Under the pieces are notes generated by a model. The model made no database searches. It was not told the origin of the DNA and saw only the letters and a list, made by a program, of their open reading frames with translations. Positions 7,866 through 16,870 of a DNA stretch of 32,000 nt are shown here, piece by piece (position 1 is the stretch's first letter; each line of letters opens with the position of its first letter). Made by a program: the position numbers and the translations under genes. The DNA is from Gemmata obscuriglobus (lineage in GTDB: Bacteria > Planctomycetota > Planctomycetia > Gemmatales > Gemmataceae). The stretch lies in contig NZ_CP042911.1 in assembly GCF_008065095.1 (NCBI RefSeq), positions 5,880,001-5,912,000 of the forward strand, read 5' to 3'.

Positions 7866-8966
7866 TCAGGTGGCCGCGCCGGGCACGTCGAGCCGGTCGC
7901 CCAGCACGTCCTCGACGTACAGCATCTTGACCGCCACCAGCACCGCTACCAAAAGCGGGCTCGCGGCGATCAGCCCGAGCACCCCGAACAGCACGCCGGC
8001 CAACGCAACGGCGGCCAAGGCCAGCGCGGGCGGCAGTTGCGCGGCCCGCTTCTGCACCAGCGGCGTGACCACGTAGTTCTCGACGGCCTGCGCGAGCACG
8101 TACACGCCGACCGCCCCCAGCCCTGCCGGCGGCCCGTGCGCCAGTGCCAGTGCGACCCCCGGGACGGCCGCCGCGATCGGCCCGATGAACGGCACCGCCG
8201 TCAGCACCGCCGCCAGAAGGCCGAGTACGACGAACTGCGGAACGCCAACGCCCCACAGCCCGGCACTCACGATGACACCGACGGTCGTCATCGCCACCAA
8301 CCGCCCCAGGAGCCACCGCCGCAGGTGGAACCCGATCGCCCGCAGCACCTGCTCGGCCCGCCGTCGGTGTCGCGGGGGAATGAGCGCAACCGCCCCGCCG
8401 AGGTACGTGTGCGGGTCGGCCGCCAGGTACAGCGCCAGGAACGTCAGCAGCACCAAGTTGCCGAGCGCGCCGAAGGTGGTCGAGAAGAACGAGGCCAGTC
8501 GCCCGGCCAGACGCGACCCTCCGGAAGGGAGTTGGCCCAGAGGCGTGACTTGGTCGAGCACCCAACGGCCCCATTCGTGCCGCTCAAGGTAGGTGCGAGA
8601 GCGATCGATCGCGCGCGGCACTTCCTCCGGAAGCTGGCCGAACTGCCCGGCCACGCTCACGCCGAGGGCGTACAACCCGGTCGTCAACGCCGCCACAGCC
8701 GCAATCACCACCAGCCCCAGTGCCCAGCCCGCACCTAGCCCGGTGCAGCGGGCCAGCGCGTCAGTCGCGCCGCGGAGCAGGACCGCCAGCAGGACCGCCA
8801 GAAAGATCAGGAAGAAGACATCGGACGCGACCACGAAGGCCGCTGCGACAGTTGCGACGAGCGCCGCGACCCCGGCAACGGTCAGCACGCGCCGGCGGAA
8901 CGTGCCGGAACCCATTTCGGTTGGTGCGCCCGGTGAGGCGACTTCGTTGGTACGCCGTTCGTTCAC
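7866..8966 (-). CDS. AI-2E family transporter (PerM/UPF0118-type permease)
   Basis: 366 aa and multi-TM. The characteristic C-terminal half reads LLAAVLTAVPFIGPIAAAVPGVALAL...YVLAQAVENYVVTPLVQKRAAQLPPALAL. GGAGGG lies 7 nt upstream of GTG 8966. Confidence 0.85.
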   Translation of the reverse strand: MNERRTNEVASPGAPTEMGSGTFRRRVLTVAGVAALVATVAAAFVVASDVFFLIFLAVLLAVLLRGATDALARCTGLGAGWALGLVVIAAVAALTTGLYALGVSVAGQFGQLPEEVPRAIDRSRTYLERHEWGRWVLDQVTPLGQLPSGGSRLAGRLASFFSTTFGALGNLVLLTFLALYLAADPHTYLGGAVALIPPRHRRRAEQVLRAIGFHLRRWLLGRLVAMTTVGVIVSAGLWGVGVPQFVVLGLLAAVLTAVPFIGPIAAAVPGVALALAHGPPAGLGAVGVYVLAQAVENYVVTPLVQKRAAQLPPALALAAVALAGVLFGVLGLIAASPLLVAVLVAVKMLYVEDVLGDRLDVPGAAT

Positions 8967-9192
8967 AGTGTGGCCCTCCGTACGTGTTACAGCAACGATC
9001 GGACCGGCTCGGCGCGCGGCGGGCCTTTGAGGCGAATGATGACGCGGGTCGGATGGAGCCGGAAACGTCGCGAGGCGACCAGAATCTGGCCAGAGCTGTA
9101 CAAATAATGGTCAAATTTGCATCGAATTTAAGGCCCGGGAGTTGCTCAACCGTTGGGCAGTACGCAGCCCTGTTCACGTAAGGAGATTGGGC

Positions 9193-9612
9193 ATGACGAC
9201 TGATGCACCGGACACCGCGGTCGGCGTTTTCGGTGACCGCACCCAGGCAGACCGGGCGCTCGCGGCGCTGCGCGTGGCCGGGTTCGAGGGCGCGGAGTTG
9301 GGGATCGGGTCAGGGGCCGTGCCCGCTGACAGGGGTGAGCCGACCTGGGAGTCCGGGGCCGCGCTCGGAAGCATGAGCGGTGCGGCACTGGGCGGTCTGG
9401 CAGCCGGCCCAGCCGGTCTCCTCGGCGGGGCGTTGGTCGGCCTGCTGCTCGGCACCCTCGTGGACCTGGGCGTCTCCGAAGGGGCCGCGCGGTGGTACGC
9501 GGATCAGGCGCGGGCCGGGCGGGTGGTCGTCACGGTCCGGGCGCCGGGCCGGTACGCGGAGGCGCACGCGATCCTGCTCCGGCACGGCGGGCACGAGGCG
9601 CCGCCGTTGTGA
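9193..9612 (+). CDS. General-stress-type small protein (YflT/GsiB-like N-terminus, Gly-rich TM-like middle)
   Basis: AAGGAG lies 8 nt before ATG 9193. Sequence includes VGVFGDRTQADRALAALRVAGFEGAELGI ... ARWYADQARAGRVVVTVRAPGRYAEAHAILLRHG. Confidence 0.6.
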   Translation: MTTDAPDTAVGVFGDRTQADRALAALRVAGFEGAELGIGSGAVPADRGEPTWESGAALGSMSGAALGGLAAGPAGLLGGALVGLLLGTLVDLGVSEGAARWYADQARAGRVVVTVRAPGRYAEAHAILLRHGGHEAPPL

Positions 9613-9648
9613 GCGCCTGCGCCGCCGGCCCGAACTCACGAGGTCACC

Positions 9649-11778
9649 ATGCTGAGCACCCGCTGGGACCCGGTGATCCGGTACGCGTCCGCGGCTCTGG
9701 CCGTCGGGGCGGCCCTGGCTGTCAAGACCGCACTGGCCCGCGAATGGGCCGTCGAAACGCCGTTCCTGCTGCTCCTCGGAGCAGTCATGTTCAGCGCGTG
9801 GTCCGGCGGGGTCGGCCCCGGTCTGGCGGCCACCGTGCTCGCGGCCTTCGGCGCGGTCCACCTGTTCCTCACGCCCCCGGACCCCGGGGCCACCGGCCCG
9901 GACCTGCGGCTGGTGCAGTTCCTCGCCGAGGGCGGGTTCATCAGCGTGCTCAGCGGGCTGCGGCGGCAGTCCAGTGCGGAGGCGCACCGCCGGGCGGAGG
10001 AACTGCGCGTCACCCTGGCCAGTATCGGCGACGGTGTCGTGACCGCCGACGCGGACGGCCGGGTCACGTTCCTGAACCCGGTCGCAGAGCGGCTCGCCGG
10101 GTGCCCCGCGGCCGACGCCATTGGGCGCCCCACCGGGGTGGTGCTGCGGTTCGTGGACGAGAGCACCGGCCGGGGCGCCGGCTGCCCGTGCGCCGGCGTG
10201 ATCCAAGGCGCCGGCCGGGCCGAGCGGCACCACCTGCTGCTCGTCGCGCGGGACGGCTCGGCCCGGCCGGTCGAGGCCGCGTGCGCCCCGGTCCGCGGCC
10301 TCGACGGTGGACTCATGGGCGCGGTAATGGTCCTGCGCGACACCACCGAGCAGCGCTGCGCCGAGGCGGCCCGGGTTGAGGTGTACCGCCGAACGGCGGC
10401 CATCCTCGAGAGCATCAGCGACGCGTTCTACGCACTCGACCGTGAGTGGCGCTTCACCTATGTGAACCGCCGCGCGCAGGAGTACCTGGGCCGCGCCGGT
10501 GCGGACCTGCTCGGCCTCTCTCTCTGGTCCGCCTTCCCGGCTCTGCCCGGGTCGCCGATTGAGGTGCAGCTCCGGGCGGCGGCGGCTGGCGGACCGATGC
10601 GGTTCGAGGCACGGTCGGTGCTTACCGACGGCTGGGTCGAGGTGGGCGCGTACCCGTCCGCCGAAGGGCTGGCGGTGTACTTCCGGGACGTGACCGAGCG
10701 GGTCCGCGCCGAAGAGGAGCGCGCCCGGCTCGTCGCCCAACTTGAGGCCGAACAGGACCGGCTCCGGGCCGTTCTCGAGCAGATGCCCGCGGGCGTTATG
10801 GTGGCGACGGCGCCAGACGGGCGCGTCGCGATCACAAACCCGCGCGTGACGGAATTGCTCCCGGCCGGGACGCACGCAGACGCCGCCGCGCTCCCGCTGC
10901 GGCGCCCCGACGGTTCGGCCGGCGATTGGGTTCCCCCGGTGGCCCGCGCGTTGCGCGGGGAGTGCGTCCGCGCGGAGGATTATTCCGCCGAGCACCCCGG
11001 CGGCCGGGTCGTGTGGCTGCGGGTCAGTGCCGCCCCGATCCGCGACCGGCACGGGGCGGTCACCGGCGCGGTCACGGTGTTCGACGACGTGACCGGCGAG
11101 CGGACCGCCCAGCAGACCCTCCGGCGGTCGCACGACGTACTGCTGTCGCGACTGGCGACGATCGCCGAAGAGGAGCGCCGGCGGCTGTCCCGCGAGTTGC
11201 ACGACGAGACCAGCCAGCAGCTCACCGGGCTCATCCTCGGGCTGCGGTCCGCGCGGGACCGGGTCCCGGCCCCGGTGGCCGAGGCGCTGCGTGGGCTCCA
11301 GGCCCAGGCGGAGCAGATCGGGGAGGCGCTGCACCGGGTCGCGAACGACCTGCGCCCGGCCGCACTGGACCAGCTCGGGCTCGTGCCGGCGCTGCGCGAC
11401 GCGGTCGCGCTCTGGGCGCGCCGGTCAGGGGTGCGGGCCGAGTTCTACAGCACGCTGGGGCCGGAGCGGCTCCCGCCGGACCTCGAGACGCACCTGTACC
11501 GGGTGACCAACGAGGCGCTGGCGAACGTGCTCCGGCACGCGGCCGCGACCCGGGCCAGCGTCGTGCTGGACGGGTGCCCGGGCGACGGGCTGGCGGTGGT
11601 CGTCGAGGACGACGGCCGCGGGTTCGCCCCGGAGGGCCGGGCCGACGGCCGGCTCGGGATCCGCGGGATGCGGGAGCGGGCCGCGCTGCTGGGCGGGACG
11701 GTCGAGATCGAGTCGCGCCCGGGGCACGGGACCACGGTGTTCGTGCGTGTGCCCTGGCCGCGGGCGAAGGAGGAATGA
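9649..11778 (+). CDS. Sensor histidine kinase, NarL-partner type (DUF4118-like membrane N-terminus, several PAS domains, HisKA_3, HATPase_c)
   Basis: H-box LHDETSQQLTGL is followed by N/G boxes (YRVTNEALANVLRHA, VEDDGRGF, GIRGMRERAALLGG). PAS-like repeats are present (ASIGDGVVTADADGRVTFLNPVAERL; ESISDAFYALDREWRFTYVN). Confidence 0.9.
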   Translation: MLSTRWDPVIRYASAALAVGAALAVKTALAREWAVETPFLLLLGAVMFSAWSGGVGPGLAATVLAAFGAVHLFLTPPDPGATGPDLRLVQFLAEGGFISVLSGLRRQSSAEAHRRAEELRVTLASIGDGVVTADADGRVTFLNPVAERLAGCPAADAIGRPTGVVLRFVDESTGRGAGCPCAGVIQGAGRAERHHLLLVARDGSARPVEAACAPVRGLDGGLMGAVMVLRDTTEQRCAEAARVEVYRRTAAILESISDAFYALDREWRFTYVNRRAQEYLGRAGADLLGLSLWSAFPALPGSPIEVQLRAAAAGGPMRFEARSVLTDGWVEVGAYPSAEGLAVYFRDVTERVRAEEERARLVAQLEAEQDRLRAVLEQMPAGVMVATAPDGRVAITNPRVTELLPAGTHADAAALPLRRPDGSAGDWVPPVARALRGECVRAEDYSAEHPGGRVVWLRVSAAPIRDRHGAVTGAVTVFDDVTGERTAQQTLRRSHDVLLSRLATIAEEERRRLSRELHDETSQQLTGLILGLRSARDRVPAPVAEALRGLQAQAEQIGEALHRVANDLRPAALDQLGLVPALRDAVALWARRSGVRAEFYSTLGPERLPPDLETHLYRVTNEALANVLRHAAATRASVVLDGCPGDGLAVVVEDDGRGFAPEGRADGRLGIRGMRERAALLGGTVEIESRPGHGTTVFVRVPWPRAKEE

Positions 11779-11781
11779 GCC

Positions 11782-12480
11782 ATGACCCCGATCCGAGTTC
11801 TTCTGGCCGACGACCACGAGGTGGTGCGCACCGGCCTGCGCACCCTGTTCGACGGTCACCCCGACATTGAGGTGGTCGGGGACACGGCCGACGGTGCCGA
11901 GGCGGTCCGTCGCACCCTGGAGCTGCGCCCGGACGTTGCTGTCATGGACTTCTCGATGCCGGGGCTCACCGGGGCCGGGGCCGCCGGCCGGCTCCGGGCA
12001 GCGGCGCCCGAAACCAAGGTGCTGGTGGTGTCCGCGTATGAGGATCACGGGTTCGTGTCCCAGGCGCTCCAGGCCGGGGCCCGCGGGTACGTGCTGAAGC
12101 GGTCCGCGGCCGAGGAGCTGGTGCAGGCGCTCCGGGCGGTCGCGGCCGGCGGGGTGTACCTGGAGCCGAGACTCGCCGCCCAACTCGCCGAGGGGCCGGC
12201 CGCGGCCCCCCCCGACTCGGCGGAGGCCCTTAGCCAGCGCGAGCACGAGGTGCTCCGGCTCTTGGCACTCGGGTACGCGAACAAAGAGATCGGCGCCCGG
12301 CTGCGGATCAGTGTGAAGACGGTGGAGACGTACAAGACCCGTGGCATGGAGAAGCTGAACCTGCGCAGCCGGGTCGAGTTGGTGCGCTACGCGTTCGAAC
12401 GGGGCTGGCTCCGGGCCGCCGATCGGGAAGCGCCCGGCACCGGTCAGCAAATGGCCGACGTGCCATCAGCTTTTTCCTGA
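11782..12480 (+). CDS. NarL/LuxR-family response regulator
   Basis: The REC domain reads IRVLLADDHEVVRTGLRTLF...DVAVMDFSMPG. The LuxR HTH reads LSQREHEVLRLLALGYANKEIGARLRISVKTVETYKTRGMEKL. The gene starts 4 nt after the kinase stop. Confidence 0.95.
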   Translation: MTPIRVLLADDHEVVRTGLRTLFDGHPDIEVVGDTADGAEAVRRTLELRPDVAVMDFSMPGLTGAGAAGRLRAAAPETKVLVVSAYEDHGFVSQALQAGARGYVLKRSAAEELVQALRAVAAGGVYLEPRLAAQLAEGPAAAPPDSAEALSQREHEVLRLLALGYANKEIGARLRISVKTVETYKTRGMEKLNLRSRVELVRYAFERGWLRAADREAPGTGQQMADVPSAFS

Positions 12481-12559
12481 TACCGGCACGCATCCGCAGA
12501 GCCGTACAGTGCGAAGGGGCGCGGCCCGTCGGCCCGCTCCCGCCATTCGGAGTATCAAC

Positions 12560-13021
12560 ATGCGCGTCTTCTTCGCTTGTGTGCTGGTCGTAGCCGCCGT
12601 CATGGCGGCCGGAGCTTCTGGCACGTCCGCCCAGCCCCCCGTGGGCCAGCCTAAAGGTACCAGACACGACGCCGCGTTCGAGTCGTGCGCGAAGGCGTGC
12701 AACGACTGCGAGCAGGTTTGCACGTCCTGCGCGACCCACTGTGCCGACCTTCTGGCACAGGGCCAGAAGGACCACCAAAAGACGCTCGCCACTTGCCGGG
12801 ATTGTGCCACCACCTGCGCGGCCGCGGCCCGGATCGTGGCCGCCAAGGGGCCGTTCGCGGACCTGATCTGCACCGCGTGCGCGGACGCGTGCAAGCGGTG
12901 CGGCGACGCGTGCGATCAGTTCAAAGACGACCCGATGATGAAGCAGTGCGCCGACGAGTGCCGCCGGTGCGAGAAGGTGTGCCGTGACATGCCCGCCCGC
13001 ACCGGCGCGAAGGGCAAATGA
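12560..13021 (+). CDS. Exported Cys-rich four-helix-bundle metal-binding protein (DUF326 / copper-storage Csp-like)
   Basis: Signal-peptide-like MRVFFACVLVVAAVMAAGASGTSAQ is followed by 18 Cys in CxxxC/CxxC helical arrays (CAKACNDCEQVCTSCATHC ... CTACADACKRCGDAC ... CADECRRCEKVC). Confidence 0.75.
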   Translation: MRVFFACVLVVAAVMAAGASGTSAQPPVGQPKGTRHDAAFESCAKACNDCEQVCTSCATHCADLLAQGQKDHQKTLATCRDCATTCAAAARIVAAKGPFADLICTACADACKRCGDACDQFKDDPMMKQCADECRRCEKVCRDMPARTGAKGK

Positions 13022-13084
13022 CACCGAGAGCGGGAGCCGCTTGTCGCCCGTCGAACCCGCGCCCGAATCCCAAGAGACGAACCC

Positions 13085-13888
13085 ATGAACCCGACCACAC
13101 CGGGCACCGCGCCGCAGTACGGCCCGCAGCCGCCCGCCCCGCCGCCCGTGACCGTGGTGCCGGTCCCAGCCCCGCACGACGTGCCGGCCGACTCGGCCCC
13201 CCGCGAGCTGATCCTGGTGAGCCACTCGCCCCTGGTGTACTGGTGGCCGGTGTGGGTCGTCGGGTACGTGTTCGCGGCGCTCACCTGGTGGGCCGGGCAG
13301 CCGCATCAGATCGGCTCAGAGGTGCTCCGGTTCCACCCGGATAGCAGCACCGGGGTGCTGTTCTTTCTCACCCTGTTCCTGGTAATCGTCATCTCCAACG
13401 TCAGCGTCCGCGGGTACGCCTCGCTGACCGTCGTGATGGCCGCCGTTCTGGTGTCGGTGCTGATGGCATACTTCGGGGCGTGGGGGCCGGTGCTGGGCTG
13501 GCTCGGCGACCTGAACGTGTACCTGAACCAGGGGGCGTACTTCTGGTTCGCCACGCTCCTGTTCGTGGTATGGGCCGTTACCGTGTTCGTGGTCGACCGG
13601 TTCAACTACTGGCGCATCGCTCCGGGGCAGATCACCTACGTCACCGCCTTCGGCACCGGGGCCAAGAGCTACGACACCGAGAACATGGTGCTGGAGAAGC
13701 GCCGGGACGACCTGTTTCGGCACTGGCTGCTCGGCCTGGGCAGCGGCGACCTGCGAATTCACACCTACGGCGGGCGGTCCCAGGAGATCTTCGTCCCCAA
13801 CGTGCTGTTCATTGGGTCCAAGATCGGGGCCATCCAGCAAATGATCGCGATCGAGCCCGGCAAGTTCGGGCACGCCGCGATCGAGTGA
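13085..13888 (+). CDS. Membrane protein with Pro-rich N-terminus, possible bacterial PH-like C-terminal domain
   Basis: 267 aa with about 4 predicted TM segments (WWPVWVVGYVFAALTWW, GVLFFLTLFLVIVISNV, LTVVMAAVLVSVLMAYF, FWFATLLFVVWAVTVFVV). The family call is tentative. Confidence 0.6.
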   Translation: MNPTTPGTAPQYGPQPPAPPPVTVVPVPAPHDVPADSAPRELILVSHSPLVYWWPVWVVGYVFAALTWWAGQPHQIGSEVLRFHPDSSTGVLFFLTLFLVIVISNVSVRGYASLTVVMAAVLVSVLMAYFGAWGPVLGWLGDLNVYLNQGAYFWFATLLFVVWAVTVFVVDRFNYWRIAPGQITYVTAFGTGAKSYDTENMVLEKRRDDLFRHWLLGLGSGDLRIHTYGGRSQEIFVPNVLFIGSKIGAIQQMIAIEPGKFGHAAIE

Positions 13889-13913
13889 GCCATTCCACCA
13901 CGGAGCTGTTCCA

Positions 13914-14552
13914 ATGACTTTTCGAATTTTGCTGGCTGTGCCCGCGCTGGTCGCCCTGTGCCCGGCGACTCAAGCGGACGAGTCCGTCGTCCGCGGCCCA
14001 CTCACCGCGGTCGATGCGGCGGCCCGGACGGTGACTGTGCGGCCGGCGACCGGGGCGGCCGTGACCCTCGCGGTCGGCACCGGCGCGCGGGTCGAGGTCG
14101 GCGGCAAGCCGGCCGGGCTCGACCAACTCAAAAAGGGGCAGCGGGTCCGCGCCACCTACGTCCCGCGTGACGGGCGGAACGAGGTCGTCGCGCTCCGGCC
14201 CGCGGTCGCGACTGACGAGCAACTCGGGCGCGAGATCCGGCAGGCGCTGGCGGCCGCGAAGTCGTACACGTTCGCACAGAAGGACAAGTACGCGGCCGAG
14301 CTGCGGGACGCGGCCGACGACGTGGACGATCGCATCGACCAACTGGAGGCCGAGGCGAAGGACGCAGGGGCCGAGGCGAAGGCCAAGGTTCAGGCCCGGA
14401 TCGCCGACCTGCGGAAGCGGCGCGGGGTCATCACCGACCGGCTGTCGAAGGTGCAGTCGGCCACGGGCGACGCGTGGGAGGATGTCAAGGCCGGGGCCGG
14501 GGCCGCGCTGTCCGACCTGGAAAAAGCGCTGAACGAGCTGGGGAAGAACTGA
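13914..14552 (+). CDS. Secreted protein with coiled-coil C-terminal half
   Basis: Signal peptide MTFRILLAVPALVALCPATQA. An Ala/Lys/Glu/Asp-rich helical region follows (DDRIDQLEAEAKDAGAEAKAKVQARIADLRKRR). Confidence 0.65.
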   Translation: MTFRILLAVPALVALCPATQADESVVRGPLTAVDAAARTVTVRPATGAAVTLAVGTGARVEVGGKPAGLDQLKKGQRVRATYVPRDGRNEVVALRPAVATDEQLGREIRQALAAAKSYTFAQKDKYAAELRDAADDVDDRIDQLEAEAKDAGAEAKAKVQARIADLRKRRGVITDRLSKVQSATGDAWEDVKAGAGAALSDLEKALNELGKN

Positions 14553-14568
14553 CCACCGGGGTCGCACC

Positions 14569-15513
14569 GTGAGCGCTGAACCGACGACCGCGGGCAACGA
14601 CTGCCCTCGGCCCACCCTCTGGGGCGCCGCCCGTGAGGCCGGGGCCACCCTGTACGCCGCCGCCCGCGCGTGGCTCGACGACGACGCCATGCGGCTGTCG
14701 GCCGCGGTCGCGATGTACACCATCCTGTCGCTGTCGCCGCTGCTGGTCATCACCATCAAGGTGCTGGCGCTGGTGTTCGGTGAGGAGGCCGCGAGCGGGC
14801 AGGTGCGGCGCCAGGTCGAGCAGTTCCTCGGCCCGACCGGGGCACGCGCGGTCGAGGGAATGGTGACGGAGACCGTGCGCCCCGGGGCCGGGCTGCTCGC
14901 GACCGCGGCGAGCGTCGGCGTGCTGCTGTTCACTGCGTCGGGCGTGTTCGCCGAGCTACGGGACTCGCTGAACGCGCTGTGGGGCGTCGCCCCGCGGCCC
15001 GGGCGCGGGTGGTGGGCGGCCGTTCGCGACCGGTTCCAGTCGATCGGCATGGTGTTCGCAGTTGGGTTCTTGTTGTTGGTCTCGCAGGCGGTCACGACCG
15101 CGCTTGCGGTTATGAGCGAGTTCGTAGCAGGCGGGGCCGGGCGGGTCGCCTCCGCAACCGACTTGTTCGTCTCGACGCTCGTCGTGGCGATCCTGTTCGG
15201 GCTGATCTTCCGGCTGCTCCCGGACGTCGAGCTGCGGTGGCGCGACACGCTGTTCGGGGCCGCCGTGACCGCGGCCCTGTTCAAGGTCGGGCAGTACCTG
15301 CTGGCGCTGTACTTCACTTACGGCTCGACGGCCTCGGTGTACGGGGCCGCCGGGTCGTTCGTGGTGGTGCTGCTGTGGGTGTACTACTCGTGCTGGATCC
15401 TCTTCTACGGCGCCGAACTGATCCAGGTCCGGCTCCGGCGGCAGGGGCGGCAGATCGCCCCGTCGGCCGAGGCCCGGCGCCGCGGGGCGCACGACCCCGG
15501 GCCGGAGGATTAA
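14569..15513 (+). CDS. YihY/BrkB-family membrane protein
   Basis: Sequence includes DDDAMRLSAAVAMYTILSLSPLLVI ... LLFTASGVFAELRDSLNALWGV ... YGAAGSFVVVLLWVYYSCWILFYGAE. The GTG start is uncertain. Confidence 0.8.
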   Translation: MSAEPTTAGNDCPRPTLWGAAREAGATLYAAARAWLDDDAMRLSAAVAMYTILSLSPLLVITIKVLALVFGEEAASGQVRRQVEQFLGPTGARAVEGMVTETVRPGAGLLATAASVGVLLFTASGVFAELRDSLNALWGVAPRPGRGWWAAVRDRFQSIGMVFAVGFLLLVSQAVTTALAVMSEFVAGGAGRVASATDLFVSTLVVAILFGLIFRLLPDVELRWRDTLFGAAVTAALFKVGQYLLALYFTYGSTASVYGAAGSFVVVLLWVYYSCWILFYGAELIQVRLRRQGRQIAPSAEARRRGAHDPGPED

Positions 15514-15514
15514 C

Positions 15515-16870
15515 ATGTCGGTGCGCGGGGCGCTTCTCAACCGGTGGGACCAGGTGCGCAACGGCTACTGGTTCCTGCCGCTTGTGATGGCGGTCGGATC
15601 CGTGGCCCTCAGCTTCGGGGCGCTCGAACTCGACACCTACCTCATCGGACGGCTCGGGGACGTCGGCTGGTTGTACAGCGGGAGCGCCGAGGGCGCGCGA
15701 TCGGTGCTGACCACCATCGCGACCTCGATGATCGGACTGGCCGGCGTCGTGTTCTCCATCACCACAGTCACACTCACCCTCGCGGCCAAACAGTTCGGGC
15801 CGCGGATCTTCCGCAACTTCATGCGCGACACCGGCACCCAGGTGGTGCTCGGCACGTTCACCGGCACGTTCCTGTACTGCCTGCTGGTGCTCCGACAGGT
15901 GCACGGGTCTGACGGCGGCGTTGGCGGGTTCGTGCCGCAGGTGAGCATGCTCCTCGCGGTGGTCCTGGCGGTGTGCGGGCTGGGAGTGCTGATTTACTTC
16001 ATTCACCACGTCGCGGCCTCAATTCAGACCCCGAACGTGCTGGCCGCGGTAGCGGGCGACCTGCGCGCCGCGATCGAGGAACTGTACCCGGAGCCGATCG
16101 GCCGGGACGGACCGGGCGACGGCGACGCGGCGCTCCCCGCGCAGGTGCCGGAGCGGTTCGACGCGGAGGCGGTGCCGGTGCGGGCCGGGGCCGGCGGGTA
16201 CGTGCGGCGGATCGAGGCCGGCGCGCTGCTCGCCGCGGCCCGGGACGCGGACGTCGTGGTCCGGGTCGAGCGGCGCCCCGGCGCGTTCGTCGCCGCGGGC
16301 GACGCGCTGCTGCTCGTGTGGCCCGCGGACCGCGCCGGCCGGGAGGTGATCGAGCGGCTCCGATCCGCGGTGGCGGTGGGGGGCCAGCGGACGCCCGTGC
16401 AGGACGTCACGTTCCCGATCGAGCAGCTCGTCGAGGTGGCGGCGTTGGCGCTGTCGCCCGGGGTGAACGACCTGGCGACGGCGACCATGTGCATCGACCG
16501 GCTGGGCGAGGGGCTCGGGCAACTCGCCGGGCGGCGGGTGCCGTCCGCGTACCGCGCGGACGCCGACGGGCGGCTCCGGGTGGTCGCGCCGCCGATCGAT
16601 CTGACCGCGGCGCTCGGCCCCGCGCTCGACCCGATCCGCTTGAACGGGCGCGGGCAGCCGGGCATCATGGCCCACCTGCTCGGTGCGCTGGCCGGGGTCG
16701 CGGGCCGCGCGGGCGCGGCCGACGCGGCGGTCGTCCTGGGGCACGCGGTGCTGGCCCACGCGCAGGCGGCCGAGGGCGCTACCGAGTACGACCGCAAGAA
16801 GCTGGGCGACGCCTTGGACCGCGTCCGCGCCGCCGCGGCCGGGCGCGCGAGCGAAGGGGGTTGGGAATGA
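15515..16870 (+). CDS. DUF2254-family membrane protein
   Basis: The N-terminus LNRWDQVRNGYWFLPLVMAVGSVALSFGALELD and the 4-TM plus soluble C-terminal layout match DUF2254 as I remember it. Confidence 0.7.
   Translation: MSVRGALLNRWDQVRNGYWFLPLVMAVGSVALSFGALELDTYLIGRLGDVGWLYSGSAEGARSVLTTIATSMIGLAGVVFSITTVTLTLAAKQFGPRIFRNFMRDTGTQVVLGTFTGTFLYCLLVLRQVHGSDGGVGGFVPQVSMLLAVVLAVCGLGVLIYFIHHVAASIQTPNVLAAVAGDLRAAIEELYPEPIGRDGPGDGDAALPAQVPERFDAEAVPVRAGAGGYVRRIEAGALLAAARDADVVVRVERRPGAFVAAGDALLLVWPADRAGREVIERLRSAVAVGGQRTPVQDVTFPIEQLVEVAALALSPGVNDLATATMCIDRLGEGLGQLAGRRVPSAYRADADGRLRVVAPPIDLTAALGPALDPIRLNGRGQPGIMAHLLGALAGVAGRAGAADAAVVLGHAVLAHAQAAEGATEYDRKKLGDALDRVRAAAAGRASEGGWE

Noticed and set aside
8967-9192. 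The AT-richer stretch CTGTACAAATAATGGTCAAATTTGCATCGAATTTAAGG between the divergent AI-2E transporter and stress-protein genes, as a promoter.
   Set aside because: It is probably a divergent promoter region, but I could not pick out a convincing -35/-10 pair by eye. Planctomycete promoter consensus is also poorly defined, so I did not list it as a feature.
15973-16866. N-terminal 298-aa extension of ORF 15973..17592 upstream of the MscS domain.
   Set aside because: The extension is Arg/Gly/Ala noise that fully overlaps the DUF2254 gene in another frame. The MscS protein starts plausibly at the ATGA overlap at 16867.
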